From positions 1-54,158 of the IMG/VR virus record IMGVR_UViG_3300037264_002906: a DNA stretch of 54,158 nt. The stretch is one strand, 5' to 3'. Made by a program: the position numbers and the translations under genes. Positions 37,117 through 46,683 of the stretch are shown piece by piece. How positions within the stretch are numbered: the stretch's first letter is position 1; every line of letters begins with the position of its first letter. The notes beneath the pieces were generated by a model. It worked only from the letters and a program-made list of their open reading frames with translations. It did no database searches and had not been told where the DNA came from. The DNA comes from a virus. Taxonomy: Duplodnaviria > Caudoviricetes.

Positions 37117-37259
37117 TATTTCTTCTTTTTCTTATGATACGGGAGCTTTTTCTTCGGCGTTTCTTTCTCCCATTTAGCGACCGTTTTTGCGGACATTTCC
37201 CCTCTCGCTCTTTTCGCATAAAACAGTCCTCTCTGAGCAGAACTTTGGAACGGGGCCAT
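37116..37259 (-). CDS. small basic protein
   Basis: MAPFQSSAQRGLFYAK..WEKETPKKKLP; SD AAGGAG. Confidence 0.75.
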   Translation of the reverse strand: MAPFQSSAQRGLFYAKRARGEMSAKTVAKWEKETPKKKLPYHKKKKK

Positions 37260-37260
37260 G

Positions 37261-37770
37261 TTATTTAACTCCTTTAAGGTACGATAACGCATTCTCAAGA
37301 ATCTGTGGGTTGTCTAAAAACCCGCCCAAGCTGAAATTACAGGCGTTACAAATAAACCCACGAACTTCTCCTGTTTTATGGTTATGGTCCACGCAAGAAG
37401 GCTTCCTACTCTTGCATATCGGACAGACACCCTTAGAGAGCTTGACCACCGCTTTATATTCCAAATCAGAAAGGCCATAGTTCATTATTCGGTAGCGAGA
37501 CATTGAATTAGGCGCACACGTAAGGCACCATTTTTGTCTGGCACCCGATTTCACATATGGCTTTTTACAATGCTGACAAACTCCCTTAATTTTCCCATTG
37601 ATAAAACTTTTACTCGCACAGATGGCTGCATCCACATATTGCTTATTGAGACATTTTTGAGAGCCACACGTTCTCAGATAACCCTTGTTTACGCCATTAA
37701 CAACATTGAGCCTCACGGAATCAGGACAATACTTACAGGAGCGAACTTGTGCCTGACTTTGAAATGGCAT
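37261..37770 (-). CDS. Endonuclease VII-family nuclease
   Basis: CPIC..VDHNHKTGEVRGFICNACNFSLG; start at MPFQS with TAATG coupling. Confidence 0.88.
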   Translation of the reverse strand: MPFQSQAQVRSCKYCPDSVRLNVVNGVNKGYLRTCGSQKCLNKQYVDAAICASKSFINGKIKGVCQHCKKPYVKSGARQKWCLTCAPNSMSRYRIMNYGLSDLEYKAVVKLSKGVCPICKSRKPSCVDHNHKTGEVRGFICNACNFSLGGFLDNPQILENALSYLKGVK

Positions 37771-38078
37771 TATTTCCACCCTCCTGTCCTTGAGACATGA
37801 TAAGGAGATTTTTGAGAATTAACTCGGGCAATCTCTTTCTCTAACTTTTCAATGCGCTTTCTATTTTCGTCATCTTTTTTCTTCTGTTCCCGCGCTTTTC
37901 TCTCTTCTTCTTTTCTGGCTTTCTCAGCAGCAACTTCAGCCTTTCGTACTTCTCGTCGGCGTCTATCTGCATCATCTACATCGCGTAAATCTTGTGTCAT
38001 CAAAGCTTCATTGTAGGGATCAGCTTTAGCTTTATAATATCTGCGTTCTTGATCGAATGATTTGAAATAAAGACTCAT
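37770..38078 (-). CDS. charged coiled-coil protein
   Basis: E/K/R-rich helix; ATGA coupling. Confidence 0.7.
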   Translation of the reverse strand: MSLYFKSFDQERRYYKAKADPYNEALMTQDLRDVDDADRRRREVRKAEVAAEKARKEEERKAREQKKKDDENRKRIEKLEKEIARVNSQKSPYHVSRTGGWK

Positions 38079-38407
38079 GATATCACCGTCGATGTGCTGG
38101 CCACAGTTCCGCCTTGTGGATCAGCCCCAGTGGAGAGAACAACTTCGTAGGTAATAATGTGCGTGATTATCGAATCGCAAAGATTATCAGAACAGGATTT
38201 AATGTGGTCCCAAAGTTTGTCAGCTATTGCGTCTCCAGCGTCTTTAATCGAGGGAGTTCCAACAACCATGTGAGACGCGTTAGGATGGTCATGCCAATCA
38301 TGAAAACCTTTCGCCTGTAAAGCAGCCCAAACAGCAGCTTGAAGAGATGCCTTCGTAGGCATCAATCCATTAACAACACCCTTCAATACGGCTGAACTCA
38401 TTGGCAT
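38075..38407 (-). CDS. putative baseplate-associated protein
   Basis: AIADKLW..IITHI..DPQGGTV; lies after the spike gene. Confidence 0.55.
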   Translation of the reverse strand: MPMSSAVLKGVVNGLMPTKASLQAAVWAALQAKGFHDWHDHPNASHMVVGTPSIKDAGDAIADKLWDHIKSCSDNLCDSIITHIITYEVVLSTGADPQGGTVASTSTVIS

Positions 38408-38410
38408 AAA

Positions 38411-38560
38411 TTATTTCTCCTTCTCTTCAACTTCTTCTTTCTGTTTCTTATATTCAGCCAAATCGTCTTTATGAGACTTAGATTTCAAGACCTTAAGAAG
38501 CCTCTTATGCTCATTAAAATATTCTTGTTTCTCCATGCGAATATAATTTTTATTCTTCAT
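38411..38560 (-). CDS. small charged protein
   Basis: MKNKNYIRMEKQEYFNEHKRLLKVL; ATGA coupling. Confidence 0.65.
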   Translation of the reverse strand: MKNKNYIRMEKQEYFNEHKRLLKVLKSKSHKDDLAEYKKQKEEVEEKEK

Positions 38561-39432
38561 GTGAAATTCTTTGCCATCACAAATTCCGCACCCATAGGAT
38601 GCGGTGATCCAGTAAAAGGGTCTAAGCTTATAGTCGTCACAACTTTTCCATCCACAGCATCTCCCAGATGAATCAATTGATTCGCAGGTGCCAATAATTT
38701 CACAAACCCAGTCGGTGTTATTGTCACATTTCCCGTTATCGTCACAGCCCAATCTCCCCCATACTGTTCAGTAACTTTATCCCCAGTTGTGACATTCCAC
38801 AGTTTACCAATGTTATCGGTTCGATTCCTTGTAATTGTTGTAATTTTATCACGCCCAATCGTTTGTGTATCATCTCGCGTGATATTAATGATCTGGTCAT
38901 TCGTAACTACAACCGTTGCGTTACCCAACCAATCAAGAGTAATTTCAATTCCACTGACCATATGCTTATAGTGAAATATCTCTGCTCCGTCGGTGTCTAC
39001 AAATTCCATCCAATGCGCATCAGTTCGAATCGTCTTAACAGCCGGCCCTAGATGCTCTATAGGGATATTCCCTATCCCCACATTAGGCGTCGTCCATACA
39101 CCAACCCATATAGGAAAAGTTAAATCCCCAGCTTCAAATTCAATCCACACCAATGAACCAACTGGAGGAATAAAGTTAAACCCAACAAAATCCCCACCAT
39201 AAAGAAAGCAAGGTTCTGCCCATACAGAAGGCGTATTTTCTCTGATGTATTTATCTGTCGCAGTCACATCTTTATTTGATGTCGTTGGGGCTGCTTGAAT
39301 AATCTCAGCATCCGCATGAAATATCGAGGGAATCTGAACTCTAAGTCTTCCCTTTCTTTCTCCATCAGGATGTTTAGCGTCATCATTTTCAATGACCACC
39401 CCTCGATATTTCCCATAAAATTTATTGCTCAT
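38557..39432 (-). CDS. baseplate spike (gp5/gpV OB-fold plus beta-helix)
   Basis: FYGKYRGVV, GRLRVQIP, PPVGSLVWIEFEAGD..PIWVG, then beta repeats. Confidence 0.92.
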   Translation of the reverse strand: MSNKFYGKYRGVVIENDDAKHPDGERKGRLRVQIPSIFHADAEIIQAAPTTSNKDVTATDKYIRENTPSVWAEPCFLYGGDFVGFNFIPPVGSLVWIEFEAGDLTFPIWVGVWTTPNVGIGNIPIEHLGPAVKTIRTDAHWMEFVDTDGAEIFHYKHMVSGIEITLDWLGNATVVVTNDQIINITRDDTQTIGRDKITTITRNRTDNIGKLWNVTTGDKVTEQYGGDWAVTITGNVTITPTGFVKLLAPANQLIHLGDAVDGKVVTTISLDPFTGSPHPMGAEFVMAKNFT

Positions 39433-41321
39433 TTTGCTGTCCCATCAAGAGGATTAACGACCGTGACTTTCTTTCCAAAAGCCGTGTCGAGAACCAACTT
39501 AACATCGTCTACTTTCTTGGTGTTCGTATGGTCTTCATCGCTTGGATGAGTCGGTTGAGCCCATTGCCAAAATCTCTTCAATTCGAGTTCGCAAAGATAA
39601 GCTTTCCCAGTTGTAATTCTATGAGTCACCCCAAACACATACCACTTCCCGCAAATTTTTTCGTTATGAACCCCTTCTTTTAATTGTTGAGGAGAACCAA
39701 ATCCATAAATCCATACTGGCATTGCTACAGTTAAATGCGGATCACCAATCACTTCTGCTTGAGCAGTTGCAAACCACATCCATTTTCGATAAGAAGCCGC
39801 AGATAATCCACCCATCTCTTCATCGGATTTTCCAGCTTCAGGTTGCATTACTCTGACCCCTTGTTTCCCAGGTGTAAGAGCCGATTCCACAGAAGAAGTT
39901 GCTGCTCCCCCGAGTAATCCAGAAGGAACAAGTTTTTGAACATATTCCTTGAGCTTATTTTTAGCTGCACTTTTTACTTTATCCAGCAAAGAAGGCTTTG
40001 GTTTAGGGGCCGCTGATGTTCCAGGAGGTGTTGGAGTTTTAACTGTAGCTGGAGGAGCTTTCTTAGTCGTCGATAATGTGACTTGACCAGCAGGAGGCTT
40101 CTCAGAAATAAACTGACCAGTTTTAGGATTGTATCCACTCGTTCCTTGTGTCGGAGTAGCTGTTTGAATCGAGCCCAAATTATCATTCTCAGTTGCTTTA
40201 CCAAAAGTTATTCGTCCAGATTTCGGGTCCATAGCCATCCCAAAATATCCACCCACCTGCAAATTTTGGAGTTCAGGCTTAAAGGACAATAAATTATACC
40301 CCGTCCCATATCGAAGAGGATTATCCATCTTGTACCAGAAGGTTTTTCCAGTCTTTGCTTCTTTGTCTGTTGTAAATTTTCCAAACTTGGAAAATATTGT
40401 TGTCTTAGATATGACCTCTTTTATGGATTGATTCAAACTGCCCAATTTTTTTAGAAGAGATGCCTTCTGTATAGGGTTATTCGTTTTAGATATTTGAGAA
40501 ACGATGGCCGATTTCTTTTCAGCAGCTCTCTTATCAAAATCAACAGGAGCATCAATCCATGCTGCGGGATAGAAATGCATCTCTCTTCCTTTCAGAAAGA
40601 AAATACAGCCCATTCTATCGGCCAATTGACCCAGATATTCCCACGCCGACATTCTTCCACTCGGCATACCTTTGAATTCGCGTGATTTGCCTTCCAATTG
40701 TATTCTCTGCTCTAAATCTTTCGGAATTGTTCGTCCCCAATCTATTGGCTCAAGTCCAAATTGCGCTTGAATCGTGTCAAAAAATTCTTTGAGGGATGTG
40801 TATGTTTTATTGAAATAAACAGTCGGTCCCATCTCTTCAGGTTTATCTGCAATTCTAATTCTCCACATATGAACATCTTTGCTCATTAAGTCCCACACCG
40901 TTCCATATCCCTCAATCACCAACACAGGAAGTCCATTTGAAGGAAATTCATACTGCATCGAATTAATAAACCCATCAACTTTATGGACAACTTCTTGCCC
41001 GAGTCCAATCGAAATAAAGATATATCGCCCAATAAATAAATTTTCTCCAAACATGAAGCTCATATCAGGGTCAATCATCTTTATCGTAAAGCTGTCTGCA
41101 GCTTGCATCGTCTCGTGAATAATTAATTCCGTCGTATGCGCATTCAATTCTTCATTGAATATATTTAACTGGTCATTGGTTAAGTGAGGTGGGTCAAGCT
41201 TTGTTCGGCTAATAAATTTAACTTCTATCCCGTCCTTTGTTTTCGTCGTCGTCGGAACAGGATTAGCTTTTGCAATCCATATCTTAAAATTAGGAGCTTG
41301 TACTGTTTCTTCCGTACTCAT
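39429..41321 (-). CDS. baseplate hub (gpD/gp27-like)
   Basis: SAWEYLGQLADRMG, IGDPHL, GKWYVFGVTHRI. Confidence 0.85.
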   Translation of the reverse strand: MSTEETVQAPNFKIWIAKANPVPTTTKTKDGIEVKFISRTKLDPPHLTNDQLNIFNEELNAHTTELIIHETMQAADSFTIKMIDPDMSFMFGENLFIGRYIFISIGLGQEVVHKVDGFINSMQYEFPSNGLPVLVIEGYGTVWDLMSKDVHMWRIRIADKPEEMGPTVYFNKTYTSLKEFFDTIQAQFGLEPIDWGRTIPKDLEQRIQLEGKSREFKGMPSGRMSAWEYLGQLADRMGCIFFLKGREMHFYPAAWIDAPVDFDKRAAEKKSAIVSQISKTNNPIQKASLLKKLGSLNQSIKEVISKTTIFSKFGKFTTDKEAKTGKTFWYKMDNPLRYGTGYNLLSFKPELQNLQVGGYFGMAMDPKSGRITFGKATENDNLGSIQTATPTQGTSGYNPKTGQFISEKPPAGQVTLSTTKKAPPATVKTPTPPGTSAAPKPKPSLLDKVKSAAKNKLKEYVQKLVPSGLLGGAATSSVESALTPGKQGVRVMQPEAGKSDEEMGGLSAASYRKWMWFATAQAEVIGDPHLTVAMPVWIYGFGSPQQLKEGVHNEKICGKWYVFGVTHRITTGKAYLCELELKRFWQWAQPTHPSDEDHTNTKKVDDVKLVLDTAFGKKVTVVNPLDGTAK

Positions 41322-41605
41322 GTTGAAGCTTGGATAGGAATATCAATCAACACACCAACTGGTGGAAAGAGTGGGTTCTGGATATTATTAACATCGGCAA
41401 TCACCCACCATTTCGTCGCATCTTGGTAATATCGAAAAGCAATTCCCTCCAACGTCTCCCCTTGAACAATAACATGTGAAATAATTCCACTTCCACCCGT
41501 CACAGCTATTGGGCGTTCATGGTCTACAATTGTTCGTGCTTCCGACGAGCTTTTCTCAGTAACATAAGTTCCGCCCATCGCATATCGAGAAGCTTCATCA
41601 ATCAT
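41318..41605 (-). CDS. LysM / tail X protein
   Basis: QGETLEGIAFRYYQDATKWWVIADVN. Confidence 0.92.
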   Translation of the reverse strand: MIDEASRYAMGGTYVTEKSSSEARTIVDHERPIAVTGGSGIISHVIVQGETLEGIAFRYYQDATKWWVIADVNNIQNPLFPPVGVLIDIPIQAST

Positions 41606-42426
41606 CCTACCCTCCCGAATTTAGGCAAAGTTGGAAGGCTCTGAAGAGGATTCACATTCAACAGACCCAACCGTGTCATCTGTCGGCGCATATCATAATT
41701 CGCAGCTGCTCTTGAGCTGTTCTCATCTACAGCCATCGTAAATTTGCACTCAGCTCTCACAGGATCAAGAACAGAATTCCACATCGTTATCCGCATATCA
41801 ATTGTCTTTATAAGACATTCATTTAATTCCATCCCAAAAGTCAGCAAACATTTCGGCGGAGGAGTAAATTGCGGAGGATATGGATTATGAGGATTCTTTC
41901 CCTGATTCCCATAATTCTTAATTGTTCCCCAATACCCCTTTGCGGTTTGCTTAACAACATTCGTCGCAGTTGCAGCAACAGTTCCCCAGATGTTTTTACC
42001 CTTCTGAATCGTGTCCATGTTCTGATAAGGGTAAAGAAAGCTTTGTACCTTCGCAAGTTCAGACTTAATTCCACCCATTCCGGGAAGATTCAAAAAGCTG
42101 GTTGATCGTTCAGTTCCGTATTCGTATGAATTAATCAATAAAGTAAACTCTAAAATTCTCTCTCCACCATGCGAATAGGTATAAAATGGCCTATCCAACC
42201 CAGGGATATTCGTCACCGCGAAATTAACTTCTTTCTTGTCAGTCATTTCCGTCGGGTTATACATGAACTGTAAAAGCAATGGCGGGTCTTTAAGGTAATT
42301 CCCATGCGCATCCAATCCAGCCATAAATCCGCGAATGGGTTTCTGAGGAGAAGAAAAAGCAGAAGGCTTAAATGGATTAGAAACAATTTTCTTTAGAGAC
42401 CCAAATGTGTCCAAAACATTAGGCAT
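41602..42426 (-). CDS. tube initiator / injection-system tube protein
   Basis: FMYNPTEM, PPPKCLLTFG, PVRA. Confidence 0.8.
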   Translation of the reverse strand: MPNVLDTFGSLKKIVSNPFKPSAFSSPQKPIRGFMAGLDAHGNYLKDPPLLLQFMYNPTEMTDKKEVNFAVTNIPGLDRPFYTYSHGGERILEFTLLINSYEYGTERSTSFLNLPGMGGIKSELAKVQSFLYPYQNMDTIQKGKNIWGTVAATATNVVKQTAKGYWGTIKNYGNQGKNPHNPYPPQFTPPPKCLLTFGMELNECLIKTIDMRITMWNSVLDPVRAECKFTMAVDENSSRAAANYDMRRQMTRLGLLNVNPLQSLPTLPKFGRVG

Positions 42427-45176
42427 TATTTTTGCTCCTCTCTACTACCGCTGCGAATTTTTAATCGCTTTGAAGTCCCGGCTGCTAATTCAGCAGCAGT
42501 CACAGTTAAATTAAGCACGACATCATTCCCACCTGAAGCTTTCATCGCATTTGCTAAATTGTCCCAAAATCCTTTTGGTTCTGCCCCAGTCATGGAGGGA
42601 CCACCAGCAGTTGCGAATTCAGGTGCGGTTGCAGGAGTTGGAAACATCTTATCGGCAACCGAATCAATTAAAGCTTCCAACACTCGCAACCCCGTTATAT
42701 TAGGACCCTCTGTTATCGCTCTCTTTGATTCTGGGCTTTCAACAAATGAAGAAATTAATTTTCCAGCGGGCTCTAAAAAATGCCCAATCTTCTTCATCAA
42801 CCACCAAGCAAATTTAACCAAGCCCATAACCGCATCAAAAACTTTTTCAAATACAAATGTCAAAACAGTCCACAAATCAGACCCAAAAGATTTCAAAAGT
42901 CGCCAGAATTTTTGAAGAGAAGGAATAATAGAAGACGTTATCCACCCCTCTATCACCACATACCAATCAGCCAATTTCTTCATTAAATTAATGAACTTCT
43001 CGCCAAATGGCATTGATCTTAAAATTGCGCCCAACACTTTTGTCGATTCTTCTGTTTGCGCCCATTGCCAGGTTTTATAAATCGCATAGATAATCGCCAA
43101 TCCAGCCAGGATATAGCCCAAAGAGGCCACAATTGCCCCAGCAGAGGCGATAATGCGAATCACCAACCCAGCAGCAATACCCATCGTATTACTGATAATA
43201 TCGAAGCCCATCAAGAATGACAGCACTTTCACAATCATCGGAAATTTCGGAAGAATTAAAGATAAAGCCCCTGCCGCCAAAGTGAACTTAAATGTTCCCC
43301 AAACCATATCCCAGATAAATTTCCCAATAGACCCAATAAGTCCGGGCTCTTTAACCATTTTCACATACATGGGATTTCCAGCGGACCCTAATTCGCCACC
43401 ACCCTTTCCACCACCAAATAATTTCCCAACAAAAGGCAATTTACTCAGCAATCCACCAGTCGCCAAATCAAGTCCACCAAAAATCATTCCAATAGCCTTT
43501 AAGACCATCTTGGTTATGACCGCACCAATTACTGCCACAGCAACGGCAGTAAGAGCTACCCCAAGTAAATACATCCCCTCTTTTGAGTGCTTCTTAAATC
43601 CGTCAATGATTTTATTCCAAATTTCTCCCCATCGAATTGTGCCAATGTATCCAAACACTTGTTTAATCGCGTCTGAAAATACACTTCCAATAATCTTTGC
43701 AAAATTACCCCACCCTTCCCCCTTTAATGCACGATTAAAAGCATCTGTGAATACGAAGAACCCTTTTGCAAGCTTCTGTCCCATCGGGCCAATTTTATCC
43801 CACGCCGCTTTATCAACTTTCGTAATCCCTTCACCAAAATTATTGGCCCAAATATCTGTAATCACAGTAAAGAAATCTGCCACCCATTCTAATTTAGCCA
43901 TGATCCATTTAATGATTCCATCAACCAATACTTTCACATTTCCCCAATTGTGATAATAAGCCTGGACCAACATATAGAACGCAGATGAGAAAAAGAAAAA
44001 TCGCCCAATAGCTGCCGATATAGAACCCTGAAGTGTAATTCCAAATCGCAATAAAGCTCCCCGAGCTAAATTAATCGTCGCTTGAAATGCGATGAAGGCA
44101 CCAGTCACAGCCAGTAACAATCCCAATAATCCAAGTCCTCTCCCCAAAAATGCAATTATTTTTCGATGCTCAGGAGCAGCAAACCAAACAGAGAATTTAA
44201 TAACCAGGCGGGTTAATTCTTGAATTATCGGAATCATCGCTTTTATAACAGGCAACACCATCGCATTAATGGTATTGGCCATTTCTTTCATGATGTTCCC
44301 CGTCGTCTTCATTGCGCCGGCCATCATGGGAATCTTATTGCCAAGAAAGAAATCAGAAAGCGTCTGTAAAGCATTGGCCATTATTTTTCTGATTTCACCG
44401 AAAGCACTATGCCTATTAAAAATATCCAAAAACCCAACAATGAACATATCTCTCAAGTCTTTGAAGTTCTGCATAATGCCTGTGAATGTGCGGGAAAGTT
44501 CGAGGGAGAATTGACCATATCTCTTGTTGAGATATTTCATCACATTATCGAATTGCATCTGGTAGGTGCCAATAAAAGCCCCAGACATTTGAAGCATCTG
44601 GGAGTTCAACCCACCAATCCAGTGAGTGAGATAATCAGCTCGTCCAGCTCCAATTGCTAAGGCCACATCATGCGAAATTTGCTCAAAAGAAGCCCCAGAA
44701 GCAGCGGCTAATCCAGCCATCGCAGTTGCTCCCGTCGCACTGGTCTTCGTTAATGAGGTCGTTAATTCCCCATAGGTCTTCTTGACATTAATTCCCAAGA
44801 AAATGAATTCTTTCATTCCCGACAACATTTCGCGAAATGAATATGGGATATCTACAGAAGCTCGGGCAAGAGTGGAGAACATCTCATCAGCTAATTTTTT
44901 ATTCCCACCCAATAATCCGCGAATTTCGACATTAATTTTCTCGTAGAAAGTTCCGGTATCATAAATCTCTCGTCGCATTCTCTCGAATGGGGCAAGCATT
45001 AATCTACCAGCACCGGCCACAGAAACAGCCACAGCTGCCAATCCTATCCCCTTCGAGATAAATCGGTCAGCTGCATCAGACATTCGATTGAAAGACTCGG
45101 CAGATTTTGACATCTGATCCATGCCCTTCGCATCGAATCTCTGTGTAATGCCTATCGTATAGTCGCGATTCGCCAT
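42426..45176 (-). CDS. tape measure protein
   Basis: 916 aa, helical, hydrophobic segments and Trp-spaced repeats; follows the chaperones. Confidence 0.88.
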   Translation of the reverse strand: MANRDYTIGITQRFDAKGMDQMSKSAESFNRMSDAADRFISKGIGLAAVAVSVAGAGRLMLAPFERMRREIYDTGTFYEKINVEIRGLLGGNKKLADEMFSTLARASVDIPYSFREMLSGMKEFIFLGINVKKTYGELTTSLTKTSATGATAMAGLAAASGASFEQISHDVALAIGAGRADYLTHWIGGLNSQMLQMSGAFIGTYQMQFDNVMKYLNKRYGQFSLELSRTFTGIMQNFKDLRDMFIVGFLDIFNRHSAFGEIRKIMANALQTLSDFFLGNKIPMMAGAMKTTGNIMKEMANTINAMVLPVIKAMIPIIQELTRLVIKFSVWFAAPEHRKIIAFLGRGLGLLGLLLAVTGAFIAFQATINLARGALLRFGITLQGSISAAIGRFFFFSSAFYMLVQAYYHNWGNVKVLVDGIIKWIMAKLEWVADFFTVITDIWANNFGEGITKVDKAAWDKIGPMGQKLAKGFFVFTDAFNRALKGEGWGNFAKIIGSVFSDAIKQVFGYIGTIRWGEIWNKIIDGFKKHSKEGMYLLGVALTAVAVAVIGAVITKMVLKAIGMIFGGLDLATGGLLSKLPFVGKLFGGGKGGGELGSAGNPMYVKMVKEPGLIGSIGKFIWDMVWGTFKFTLAAGALSLILPKFPMIVKVLSFLMGFDIISNTMGIAAGLVIRIIASAGAIVASLGYILAGLAIIYAIYKTWQWAQTEESTKVLGAILRSMPFGEKFINLMKKLADWYVVIEGWITSSIIPSLQKFWRLLKSFGSDLWTVLTFVFEKVFDAVMGLVKFAWWLMKKIGHFLEPAGKLISSFVESPESKRAITEGPNITGLRVLEALIDSVADKMFPTPATAPEFATAGGPSMTGAEPKGFWDNLANAMKASGGNDVVLNLTVTAAELAAGTSKRLKIRSGSREEQK

Positions 45177-45178
45177 TA

Positions 45179-45340
45179 TTAAGCCTTCATTTTCTCAAAG
45201 CTGGCTTTAATAAATTCCACCCAGAAACGTCTGTCTTTTCGTGTGAGGTTGTAAATTTCGCGTCTACTCCAGTGAAAGTTAAAAGCAATCGTCCCAACTT
45301 CCACCCGCAATTGGGCTAAATCTACCTCAGTACGAAAAAA
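45179..45340 (-). CDS. -1 frameshift extension of the tail assembly chaperone (DUF6760-like)
   Basis: Slippery T TTT TTC at 45334-45340; the -1 frame reads ..EVGTIAFNFHWSRREIYNLTRKDRRFWVEFI.. Confidence 0.8.
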   Translation of the reverse strand, partial: FFRTEVDLAQLRVEVGTIAFNFHWSRREIYNLTRKDRRFWVEFIKASFEKMKA

Positions 45341-46098
45341 TCCGCCACCTGCAATGGTTCAGTCCAGCTATTCGTGCATCTTACGCATGTATGGGCCCCT
45401 TCAAGAACCGGACCAGGCATATTTTCCATGATAACTTTGCTCATCGCGTTTCTGTCTTGAAATGACAGATTACGAATCACGCTCTGAGAAACAGCTTTCA
45501 AGGAACCTAATTTGGTGCAGCATCGGGTAAGGAGGGCAGTTGTAGCTGTCCCCTTGTTCTGGGCTGAAGCGAGGAATTCTTGCTCTACCCCGGTCGGAAG
45601 CTTCATTAGGCCGTCTTTGTGAACTTTTCCCTCTCCGTCTCTATATCCTCTAGGCAATTTGAAAGGGAACTCATAAGACGGCTTCGTTAATTCTTTTATC
45701 TCCAAGTCGTCAAGGTTAAGTTTAACATCAAACTTTTCCTGACACCGAGGACAAGTTACCTTCGTGGTGTAGTCGTCTCCAATGGTAATTTGTCTCAACT
45801 TAACCATTAAGAAATCACGATCCCCTATCAATAAGTTCCGTATTATTTCCTCATCAGTAGGTTTCCCACCAATGGTTAATACAGTCCCCTTTAACAGAGC
45901 CGTGATTATCTTGCCACCATTTTGCGCGACAGATGGATGAGCAATATTCTCTTCATCCTGACCCGTCATCTCGCGCATAGTGACTTCTTTTGAAAGACCA
46001 CTTGCACCCAACAACCCACCCGGAAGCTGGAACTCAAATCCTTGCTCTTGTTCCTGTTCTTCTTGGGCAGCTTCTTTCTGTAGCTCGTCTGTAGCCAT
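45322..46098 (-). CDS. tail assembly chaperone (T4 gp26-like)
   Basis: LPGG, REMTGQDEE, LLIGDRDFL, CPRC; lies between tube and tape measure genes. Confidence 0.85.
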   Translation of the reverse strand: MATDELQKEAAQEEQEQEQGFEFQLPGGLLGASGLSKEVTMREMTGQDEENIAHPSVAQNGGKIITALLKGTVLTIGGKPTDEEIIRNLLIGDRDFLMVKLRQITIGDDYTTKVTCPRCQEKFDVKLNLDDLEIKELTKPSYEFPFKLPRGYRDGEGKVHKDGLMKLPTGVEQEFLASAQNKGTATTALLTRCCTKLGSLKAVSQSVIRNLSFQDRNAMSKVIMENMPGPVLEGAHTCVRCTNSWTEPLQVADFFVLR

Positions 46099-46123
46099 AA
46101 TGACCTCCATGTTATTTTCTATG

Positions 46124-46166
46124 TCAAAACACCTGGGGTGAGTAGCTTTTAACTACCCACCCCAAG
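46124..46166 (-). terminator. terminator after the tail tube gene
   Basis: TGGGGTGGGTAG..CTACTCACCCCA hairpin followed by GGTGTTTT. Confidence 0.7.
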
Positions 46167-46179
46167 CGCAATATCGTTT

Positions 46180-46671
46180 TTAGACTGTTATCAAGTTATC
46201 TGGCTGCGGAGTACCAACCAAGAGAATACCTTCATGCTGAACAGTAAGACGTTCGATAAGAACATCGTTACCCTTCGCATCAAGTTCCCCTTGTTCCCAC
46301 TCAGAAGGCCAGCAATTCTGGAGCGTGTACTCTTTCAGGCGTTTTCCCTCATTACCAATCAACACAACAGTAATGGTCTTTCGGGAAATATACAACCCCG
46401 GAGTCGTTCCATACTTGTGAATCTTCTGGACCCAGTTAATAAAGTCCGTATTAGCAGTCGCTCCCCGTTCAAACACAATCGGGTCAAATTTCGTCTGGCC
46501 CGGTAGCTTACGAACGGTGGCGTTTTCTCCACCCTCGCGGTATTCAATAACATCTGTGGCGATTTTTAACCCAGTTGCTTTATTGAACCCAGCGGAGGCG
46601 AATCCATCAATCTCTACCAGAAATCTAAAATTCCGGTAGGGCTCGATTATCACTTGACTTGGTGTAGCCAT
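46180..46671 (-). CDS. tail tube protein (T4 gp19-like)
   Basis: PYRNFRFLVEIDG, EYREGG, KLPGQTKF, WPSEW, IERLTVQHEG. Confidence 0.95.
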   Translation of the reverse strand: MATPSQVIIEPYRNFRFLVEIDGFASAGFNKATGLKIATDVIEYREGGENATVRKLPGQTKFDPIVFERGATANTDFINWVQKIHKYGTTPGLYISRKTITVVLIGNEGKRLKEYTLQNCWPSEWEQGELDAKGNDVLIERLTVQHEGILLVGTPQPDNLITV

Positions 46672-46683
46672 TTTATTTCCTCC

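Noticed and set aside
42559-43953. Long + strand ORFs (also 2640..3224 and 47593..48135)
   Set aside because: They are antisense shadows of well-supported minus-strand genes and carry no recognisable motifs
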